A DNA stretch of 64,000 bases from the NCBI GenBank assembly GCA_051294905.1, contig CM119372.1, positions 15,068,001-15,132,000 of the forward strand, in the 5' to 3' direction. A program made the position numbers and the translations under genes. The notes below the pieces were generated by a model, which was not told where the DNA came from, did no database searches, and saw nothing but the letters and a program-made list of their open reading frames with translations. Origin of the DNA: Botryllus schlosseri (lineage: Eukaryota). Shown piece after piece: positions 53,687 to 64,000 of the stretch (positions are counted from its first letter, which is position 1; each line of letters begins with the position of its first letter).

Positions 53687-55442
53687 GCCTTCGAATTGCA
53701 ATGTAAGGTCCGGCAAGGAGAGCGAAATCCGTTAAATGAATATCGTGTATTTTTCTCGCTTAGCGAAGTACGATCTTCATCCCTAGTTCCCCATTCGTGA
53801 CGATGGTAAACACCTACTTATAACTAGAGGGCAACAAGTTACCAAACGTAAAATAAATGCGATGAAGTATGACCGGTGACAGCCATATAGGCATATTGAT
53901 AAGTATGAGGCAATAGTGGATTGAACTGTTCCCTAGAAGCCGAATAGAAATATCCAGCAGATACAGAAGATCGCCTCTACTTGCACGCCACCGCAGTATA
54001 ATTTCTAAATTTTCTCACAAGTTCTGCTACAATCGTTCGCAAGCGCTAGTTACTGAACGAATATAAATTCGACATTCATGGGATTCAACAACTCAACAAT
54101 AATAGGATCTGCTTGCCGATTCATATCCGTCTCGTATATCAACAATCACTGTCTTTCGTACATTGCAGTTAGGACTATGGGTAACCATCGGAGTACTCAA
54201 ATCCGAATTGAGCATCAGATGTTTTCGACTACAGGGATTTAATCACCCAAAATTCTTTTATGCAGTATAATTGTAATCGGCATTATTACAGGAAAGGAAA
54301 GGACGTAGTTTATGTTTGTCCTTGATGTTTCTGCGGCATATATACACCGACTCATGATACACAATACACACGATATGCGTGTATTGTAAGGTACATATTT
54401 GAACACTTCACGTCTGTCTTACTGATCGTGATATGACATCATAACAAGTGGTACTTGTATGCTCGACTCGAAGCTCAATACTCTCTCTACTGTCTACTCC
54501 GAATCGAATCACTCATCAGGTAGTCGATTTTACCCAGCCCTAGTTATAACATGTAACAGGACGCTGGCGACATGAAATGGTCAGTAATATTACTGGGTTA
54601 CTGTCAGATCTAGGTGTCTCTGGTTATTACGGGTATAGGAATGAGCGTTTAGCTTTAGATATATTAATTCAATGCTATCCTTATACTGTTTCCACTTGAA
54701 TCGATGTGTCGGAGCTACACGAACCCGCTCTATAATATGTTGGAATTATATCTAACTGCCCTATAGAACTTGAAGACCAATCTTCGCCGAAAGCGGTCCC
54801 GACCCAATGTAACACAAATGATTGCTGAGAACAGTGCAGTAATAACAGGCCACTACACGGAGAATAATCTGGATACTCCAGTTATATTCCGCCAATTATA
54901 TCCAGCCAAGGGGCGGGATCTCGCATGACAAATCGGCTTAGAAGTACATAATACATAGGATATATTTGGTAAATTGTCGAACATTAGGTGAAATCGCTCA
55001 AATTGCTAATGCTTACACTTCAGTCGTTGATAACTTTGCTCGTAACTACGTGTATATATAGGCCTACTATATGTTACCTAAATTCCGTAACTCATTACAA
55101 TTGCCTGTTCTAGAACGGTATATGAACCCTGGTAGGCTATATTTTGTCGACGTAAAAATCCTGACGTGAAAATGACGCAGACTTTACTAGTATACTGTCT
55201 ATTAATTGCCTCGGGCAATTTCTACACAATTGACGTAGCTAACTGTCATTCAAATTAGGATCATATACGGCATATACCATATGTAGCCTATATGCCGGTA
55301 TTTTGGTAAGTCGCTTCACTGAACATTTGGCCAAACCTGAGAAAACACGCGCTCAAATATCATCTCATGAAGCCAATACCGGTGACTGCTGAGCAACTGG
55401 TGCATAATGTCATTTATAGAGAATTCATTAATTGGTCACCAG

Positions 55443-55957
55443 TAGGGCTGGGCAAAATCGAGTACCTGAGTGATTCGATTCTGAATCACGTAAAATGCTT
55501 CGAGTCGAGTCGAGTATTCGAGTATCACTCATTATGACGTCACAACAGAATGTACTATGTAAAAGTTTAAATATGTACCTTTTATGCCACCACGAAGAAC
55601 ATAATGCCTGTTACCCGTCACATTAATGATACTTCGGTATGTTTTCGACCATACCGACTTCATTGCACTTCTTGACAATGTTGTGGAACGATCATGACTT
55701 CGGAAATGTGTTATTTCCAGTAACGTTCGTAGCTTTGTACTATGTCTATCATGCTGCGACACGGTCAATCAAGGTTTCAAGGCTTCCTCAGTGGAAAATA
55801 TTATCAAAACTATAATTCTCGTTAGTTCATTAACTTTCAGTTGCGAGGAGCGTACAATTTCAGTACTCGAAAAAATCGTCTTTTACTACTCGACTCGAAT
55901 CATTAAATTTAATACTCGATTCAGATTCGAGTACTCGAATCATTGTGTCCAGCCCTA
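55443..55957. mobile_element. hAT (Ac-like) MITE, TAGGGCTGG family
   Basis: TIRs TAGGGCTGG / CCAGCCCTA and perfect TSD GTCACCAG. Confidence 0.93.
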
Positions 55958-56770
55958 GTCACCAGTGAATTCTACATGTTGGATTCGGCACTTGGTAAAT
56001 TAGAAATGTAATTATAACTATTATTATTGTAATAGCGATGCATCAATTTTGTACTGCACAATATTGAATTGTGATATTCGGTACTTGGTATCAGTGACGT
56101 GCGGTCACGGGAGGCAAGTGAGGCTGTGCCTCATCTGTCGTGAGGATGAGTAAGAGAAAATTGTGAAAACTTTCATTGATTTTGATATTTTCTGTCGCCG
56201 TTCATGAATGACTAATTTTGAAAGTTTTACACTAGTATAATCACGCAATTTTCCTATTTATTCTCCGAAAATACAGAGCGAAAGGAGAGACGAGACGCGG
56301 ACGAGCCTGCCTCATTTGTGATAGCGAAATTCATCATAAACAGCTCATAATGCCTACTATCAATATTGTCAGAGCACCAGAATCTCCTCAAAATGGCCAA
56401 GGATTTTTATATTGCGCGTTCTTATGTATAAGGTCGCTACAGAGAAACAATAGCCAGATAAGGCACAGAAGAATTAGCCTCACTGACGATCGTAGCGCAA
56501 TGAAGCAATGCGCTCTCGACTTCACGAACTGTCGGCGTGGTATGAATCGTGGAGTTGTGACGGCGACCAGGAAGTGCAGTGCAGATACATTCCCTTTCTG
56601 ATGTAGCTGTTATATATTTTTAATCCATATACCGTCTACTTCACATGATTCGGACACTTTGGCCGAAATAAGTGGAAAATCAATTGGTCATTACATAGTC
56701 ATGCGTAAAGGCAGACAGCGCATTGAAGATACTGTTATGTTGCGTATTTCGTAAATTGCAGATGCGCTAT

Positions 56771-59700
56771 TACGGTTGTGTTTAAAACAAAAATCAATTT
56801 AAAACAAACATGTTTAGAACGAGGCCCTTGTTTAAAACATGTTTTTTATTGTTTTTTGTTTTTAAAGCAATGACGTCACGAATATTCAATTGTGACGTCA
56901 TATGGAATTGACATTGATAATTGAAAATATAGGGTAAATATAGCTTCTTTAACGAAATTAACCATCTATTTTACCGCACCACGACCTGACATATCGATCT
57001 CGCCTTCCGACATATGCCACCTTTTTACTGTCCTTTTATATTATCTTCCTTTATTTTTCATTCAGTGTGCACTGTGCAGTGTGCATGCCTACTTTTTATA
57101 TCGCCTAGGTCAGGGGGGTGTCTGATTCGAAGACTACTTCAAGTCGTTTCGACACCTTCTTATCTTTCATTGTATCGCAGAGTCGCAGTCTTGTGGTGTA
57201 TTGAAATGATGAAATTATTAGCAATAAATTGAATTGAATTGAATTGATACTGTCTTTGTTATGTCAAAATATATAAAAGATCTAAAATAAGTTACAGTTT
57301 GGGTCGACAGTTGCAGTGAAAAACACAATTTTTCCACGAAGATTACGGGAACTGGGCTATATGGCAGGAGCTCCTTGACCAAGAGGTGTCAAACTCAACT
57401 TGATTTAAGTTTGGTGTATAATATCCTGAGTTACTGACCACATCTAAACATAGCTTTGCGCCATGGATAATCCAGGTGTATTATTACGTGCCTGGTAATC
57501 AGAGGTGGTCAGTAACGAAGTACTTTCACTTTTTTGAAGTACTCAAGTAGTTTTCCGCTACTTTGGTACTTACTCAAGTAGATCTAATGTACCGCTACTT
57601 CTACTTCGTAATATTTTGTGGTCTACTTATTTACTTTTCGCTATTTTCAGTTTGTCAAGTAGAAGTGGTTTAATCCTCCACTCAAGAAGATAGCCTGAGA
57701 AATTTCGAGGGTGCTTTGACGGAGCATCAACATTTAATTTTCATAAAAGTTGAGTAAAGCCCAGAATTTTCGTCGCGCACAGTGGATATGGAGTGACCAT
57801 ATGATTTCACGAAAGTAATGGTGAATATATATATATATTCACCATTACTTTATATATAATAAATTGTCCAGTACAAAACATATGCCTAGTTGATCGGCGG
57901 CTCCTTTAAGCGAAGTTCGATGTTCGTCGTATCTGCTGCACTGGACCAAGAAGTGTTCGATTGATTCCTCCGAGTAACAGGTTCCGTTCACACCGCATTG
58001 TCGCCCATATGAAATATTTCATCACAGGATATATGGCCCATCACAACGTTTGAAACTGATGTTTCGCAATCTAGAATTCACTTATCATATCGTAAACTAG
58101 CAGTCCACGGCGTGTCCTAATCTGGAAAAGAGGACTCTGACTTTTTCAGCTTTAGACCTGATTTAGCATACCACTTTTGAAACTTTCTGGACTAAAAACA
58201 TGAAGTAACTTTTCCGCTTTTAGAAGTGGTATTGGGATGTTGGATAATCCGATTTGTGCGAATAATTATCGAGACGACCGATTTCGAATCGTAGGTCGAG
58301 GCCGTTCACAATTCCATTTGTGTGCCTTGGAATCAACTTTTATCAAAATACACCAACCAAAACTCTGTCAACAAAAGGAGTTCGTGTATCACCTAAAAAT
58401 AGTACATTGAACGCTCTCTCATTCGAAATTTCATGCTGGTGACGTCATATTTTGTGATACGATTGTTGATATACAATGTTCTTTCCAATTCTCTACTAGT
58501 TGCTGACGATTACCCCTGACGAGTGTCAGCCGAAAATATTCGGGTTCATTTCAATATGAATATACTATTTAATTGTATATTGAAGTTCTGTACCTCCAAG
58601 AAGCTCTTCAGAAGTGGTATTTATATTTTTCTTTCAATTCCCATCATAATACTTTGGGTTCTAATTAGTTTCAGTTCTTTTGTCTGGAGAGCATATATGT
58701 TGAAGTATTTAAGCAAGTGTAGTAATGCCTTTAATTTCAGGAGATAAAGCTACACAATATGGCATTTCTACGATCCACCATATCTTTTATTAACCTTTAC
58801 TAATCGCGCAAAGTGTTTACACCGTATCCGATACAACTTCTCCGGATTGCTCTTCAACTAAACTTCAGGCCTTATAATATGGGGGAGGGCGCCAATACCA
58901 TGATATTTTGTAAAACGGGCTGTTCGAGTAAACAGAGGACTAGTATCGCATTTCCGTATCAATCAATACTATCATTTTCATTCCATGATGCGGACGAATG
59001 CTTATGCTGTTGAAAATTGGATACATCCCGGTATTCATCAATATGAATCAAGCTCTGCACTTTTCGCATAGCTCAATTGCAGCTTTTGACAATCCATGCG
59101 AACTAACTACAGCCGTTGTTACAACTACTTACTTACTTGAGTAGATTTAAAGTTAGTCAATTCTACTTTTACTTCAAGTAGTTTTAGATTGCTTATGGAA
59201 GAAGTACTTCTACTTGTACTCGAGAAGATTTTTTTCGACGCTACTTCTACTTCTACTTCAGTAGCTTTCTTGATCACTTTGACCACCTCTGCTGGTAATA
59301 ATATGGATTTCACCATATTGTCACGTAAACAAGACACGGATTATATTCTCACCGTGTTCTGGGACTAGGCGTTCCATAAAATAATCCCAAAGTGAGCTGG
59401 AATCCCTGGGTGCTTGATGAATCTGTCGCAGAACGAAAATTCTATACATATACCTTTTTGAGCATTATAATAAGCAATTTGAATCCGTCATGTGCAGAGA
59501 TTGGTATCGCTTCAAAATCAAAGTGATGTTGTTATAGCATGATAAAAACATCCGATGGTTTGCACTGCAAAGATAATTTCTAAATTTAGTATAAAAGATA
59601 GCCGTTTCAGGCTACAGAGATGTTGCATTCTGGACACGATTCTAAAATACTCGACTTCGATTGAAATCATATAGGATTGGAGAAGGAGTATTCGGCTAAT

Positions 59701-59779
59701 TTTGCCTGACACGATTTTCGCGTAAAGGCCTTTGTTTAAAACACTGTTCAAAATACCATTTGTTTTAAATGCAACCCTA
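56771..59779. mobile_element. Nested transposon stack whose outer shell is a TAGGGTTGC MITE
   Basis: Ends match 52380-52806. The interior holds an AATTG-tailed retro fragment, a copy of 50250-50925, and a CAGAGGTGG MITE at 57500-59291 with TSD CTGGTAAT. Confidence 0.85.
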
Positions 59780-60895
59780 TGCCCGATACTGCAATGATCG
59801 CATAAAGCAGAGAAGAATATATACCTTCACGTTGTGTTATATACAGAGGTTGTCAGTTACGAAGTACTACTTTTTCAAAGTACTCAAGTAATTTTCGTCT
59901 ACTTCTAGTATTTACTCAAGTAAATCTAATTTTTTCTCTACTTCTACTTAGTAATATTTTGTGATTTACTTTCTTTTCGCTATTTGCAGTTTGTAAAGTA
60001 GAAGTAGAAGGCAATTTCAGACCAGCAGTTAATCACAACATATTGTTACAGAGGTCCCCGAATCGGGCCATCGAGTGTCTCATCCTTTCCATCGTTTTTA
60101 TGTCAACTAGTGCACCAGCCAAACAAGTTGTGTGGGATTTTGTACAGGAGCTTATAAGGCAGGGGCGTCCAACATTTTTGGTAAAGGAGCCACGTTGTGG
60201 TGTAGCCTACCAACGATTGCGCGTTGATGTGCGTCGTGTTGATGAGCTTATTTCCAAGGGAACTCTACCCTTACCCAGAAGTCAAATAAATCTGTCTAAA
60301 ATATTAAAATAATATAGGTCTACTTTATGTTAATTTATGGAAAATTTAGCAAAAACTGGGCTCACGAGTCAAGGGTTACTGTATCCGCAGCCAATATTAT
60401 CGAATTCCCATGATTGAATAATGTGCACTAGTCCAAACATCGTCGCATATTTGCCAAACTCTTGTTAGTTGAGTTGTTGAAATGTGGACTCTTGATAATC
60501 TCGAGACTCAATATGACGTAACAATAAAATATTCTTCATAAATCAGCTGCTGTCACGGTACTCGCTTCCGAAGTACATACCGTATCTTTCTCTGTGGAAA
60601 GGTTTTTTTATTTCGAATCCGTTTTAAATTTTGGATGATAATCTACAATCTGTATTAATTTATTGGTCATTTATAGTCAGATTCTTCATGATATAGAAAA
60701 TTTCACTCAAAGAAGAGAATTGAAGCTGGCAACTTAAATTGTGATTTTGGCTCCCTGGCAACTCAGTCAGCTGATAGATCACGTGACAAATTGTGATGTC
60801 ATAATAGCTATTGAAATAAAACGGAAAATAATTTTACAGTATTTCATTGTCGAGTAGTTTTATCCTTGTGAAGAGCCTCTAATAATTTGATAGCG

Positions 60896-63800
60896 ATGTC
60901 GTCTTATCGAATGCGCAATTCTTGCCCTCGTAGCAGGTAAATTTTTTTTAATCCTTCTCTTATATGCATGAGCTGTGGTGGTGTTGCGGCCAATCATTAG
61001 GTGACAGTCGGCATTTAGCTCTGCGATTGCTGCAGAAATACAAGTAATGTCATGTTCACTGTTCATTCATTGTGACTTACATTCGTACTGAGCTAACTGA
61101 CGGCAGATCGGGTGGCAGATCTACACTATTATGTTCATGCCTTACAGTCACATCCAGTGAACCATAAGATATAGTCTGTTTGGAAAATAGATTACATTCA
61201 AAATATACATTGATTGTTTCTAAGTTTCAAGATTTGTGCATCATGCTGTTTCAGTGCTACAATCCGTCGTGCTAAAGATGCCTTTCCGTCATCTTCGATC
61301 GGTTTCCATTTTCCTCTCGTGGAACAGGATAACTATGTGAGTTGAATAAAATGTCATACTGCATCTCATGTATCCCTACTAGGCATCACAAATTTTTTCT
61401 AGATTTCCTCACACGGAAAATATGTGAATCCTGCTAGTTTCCAAAACTTCCAGCCCATTGACAGAGATAACAACGTAAGTTTGTATTGCTGTTTGCCAAT
61501 ATGCAAATGGTCACCAAGTAATATTGTTTTTAGCGTCTAAAGAAAGCTTGGAATAGTTTGGTATCCTGCATGAGACCATTGTCCTGTATGCCTTGCGCAG
61601 TAAGCAGTGTTAATCTCCATTGAATATAATTATCACATGCATTTACACAAATCTATTCAATTTTTAGCGAGAACAACCTGTGCCAAAAAATTATCTTGAG
61701 GTGGGATTTCATACCATTCCTAATCATTATGGAGTTTACTACTCTCACTTTAATAGGAAAAGGAAGAGGTGGACAGCGAATATGACTCTCGGAATTTGCC
61801 GTTCTTGACATTAGTTAAAGAGTATCTTGCAATCGAAGAAGTAAGTTATTTTAGGATATAATTTAGAATCATTCCACTTTTTTACACTTAGGCCTACGCC
61901 AGATATCAATAGCATAGTGAAACCACGGGATGACATACCGGTAGGCTCTCTATGGTAGTTGCTAGGCATGCCATATTATGAATTGGCAACGATGATGATG
62001 AGACATCAATAAAAATATATAGAATAAATAAAATTTAGTAGTAGTTCAGTAGTTTAGTATAGTTGATGGGAACCCATTTTGCGGACCCCACTTAACGGCA
62101 CTTCTTTGCTGGTCCCATTTCACTCAAGGCAGCACGTCACTCACTCATGGATCCATGCTATAACAGATATTAACATTATTTTTTTGACACCTTCCAGAAT
62201 AAGATTGCTAACGAGATGAAGGATGTGCAGCGGAACCATAGAAATTCATTCAAAAATGGTCATGACCGAATGCTGGTAAGAGGATTATTTAAGTTAAAGT
62301 CCATTATTGAAAAAATTGAGCATGTATATCAATCTTGCGGGATTTGACCTTGTCGATTAGAGGCAAACAGGACGAGTTGTCCGTAAATTCCAGTGGCACA
62401 AGTTCAGGAAAGAGTATTCGAGTAAGGATTCAATCAATTCACGTATATCTGTTTACCGACCGTGTAGATTTGGGTGCATTCAAAACTAACTAGAAATACT
62501 GCATTTGTAAGTGGTGGATGAAGATATCCGCAGAACAACAATGTTGATAACAAATTTGATTTGGTATCATCATGGACTGTTTATAGTTATATCTTTGCAG
62601 TCTTCAGCCTGTCTAATGTCACTTTTCATCAATATTGCTGATTCAACTCCATCATTTTGCAGAAACAAAAATCCAAGTTTTCAAATTCGAAACAAAGGCT
62701 CCGCTATGAAGTAGATCTGTGCGATAACAATCCTCCGCAAAAGGTAAAATGTTTCGCGTAGAAATGTCATTGAAATATCCGAGGTGTCACTTTGAGTATT
62801 TCCATAGAAATTATGGCCCATGGCATCCAAACAACACTCCGTAGAAGTGTAATTGAGCACAACTAGTGGCTGACACACGAGAGCAAGAACATTGATAACG
62901 AAAAGAGCCATTTTACCACTTGGGTAAATTTTGAAACATTCTATTTAATGCGAGGATTTGGAGGAACGGAATCTGAAACGAGATAATTCGTTGAGGGCAT
63001 CTGACTCACCTCAAAGTCAGATTGTGAAATCTCGTGTAAGCTCCGTGTAGTGTCATTTCCTATTTCATTAAATTGATTGATTGATAACTATTAGCTTTCT
63101 TCATAGCACATCAATACTCTTCTGCAGATACCTATGTTGTTAATGTATAGAACATACTTTTGTTATCAATTCTGTTTATCTCAGACGATTCAACGAGATG
63201 CGCTACCCAACTCCATATCGTATAGGTTTCTAAAGTCATTGGGGTAGATATCTGTGTACACATAGGGCCATACATGTACCGAGACATACATATACTTTAA
63301 AATGTATTAAATGGAATAGATATATACCTTGCAGAAACGAACGGGGGAGAGAAGATCAAAGCCTAGATCAATCCCGACGGAAGAAACTAGTCAGAGAAAA
63401 GTGAGTTAACTATCAAGTGTATCTGAAAGACTCAAATTATTATATTATTATTTTGCCTCTTTTCAAGACTGGTCGTAAACCCGGTAAAATGATATCTGAA
63501 GATATTGCTTTCACCGAATCTCCATTGGATAACATGAGACAGGAATCCTTGGTATGAATTGAATTCAGCTCATTATGTTTTCAATGTAATGAGCCTGTTG
63601 ATAACAGGCGTTGGGGAAACAACATTTGAAAGTCAGGGACCAAGGTGATCCGAACCAGATGTCGCATCCCACCAACTCTGCTCTGAGATCTCGAGTAAGT
63701 TTACTTTTTGTAATATTGGAAACCCTATTGATTAGTGATGTATCAGACTTTAATGATATTGTATTTGCGATGGTATGTTCGATCAGCAATATTGTCATAC

Positions 63801-63931
63801 ACAGTTAAGCTTCCTTCATACTTTAATTCTCACGCCGTGAAAGTGATGTTATCTATATTGTTTAGAAGTCAAAACCAAGAAAGAATGCTAATCCCGAGTT
63901 GATTCTGCACGAGGGCAATGCTTGTCTTCAG
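60896..63931 (+). CDS. Orphan gene built from many small phase-0 exons, probably largely disordered; continues beyond the window
   Basis: Exon 60896-60936 (MSSYRMRNSCPRS) joins 61255-61336 in phase 2. Then come open phase 0-0 exons 61403-61474, 61534-61599, 61668-61700, 61757-61840, 62198-62275, 62371-62421, 62468-62506, 62663-62743, 62955-63035, 63335-63400, 63468-63551, 63608-63694 and 63866-63931. Each is bounded by AG and GT, most with a pyrimidine tract and a GTRAG-like donor. Confidence 0.72.
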
Positions 63932-64000
63932 GTACCCATTAATTTTGAGTATTGAGGACTTGAGGTGAGCTATGTAATTATTTTGAAGAGGGAAAGAAAA

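Noticed and set aside
62681..62911. Minus-strand ORF with sulfotransferase-like GHNFYG..TFLRE words
   Set aside because: It is antisense to well-formed plus-strand exons, is interrupted by stops and lacks a 5'-PSB motif; most likely a shadow ORF.

Overview
Eukaryotic, AT-rich, very repeat-dense genomic DNA. Short GT-AG introns (many 55-70 nt) and numerous hAT-type MITE families suggest a marine invertebrate, possibly an ascidian; that is inference only. I saw no prokaryotic features (operons, CRISPR) and no rRNA or tRNA. Splicing by hand gives two recognisable genes: GUCD1 (+, ~24247-28190) and a WSCD1/2-like WSC-domain sulfotransferase with a type II membrane anchor (-, 41652-53686). Three orphan spliced genes are largely missed by the ORF track. 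One is a Lys/Glu/Arg-rich ~393-aa protein with four tandemly duplicated phase-0 exons (-, 17795-19473). One is a partial gene (-, ~11218-12074, possibly extending to ~14500). The most unusual is a gene built from at least 13 symmetric phase-0 exons of 33-87 nt (+, from 60896 past the window end). Much of the rest is non-autonomous hAT-like elements with 8-bp target-site duplications (TSDs), often nested. Several insertion orders can be reconstructed from empty-site copies inside the window. All exon structures are manual predictions without transcript support.
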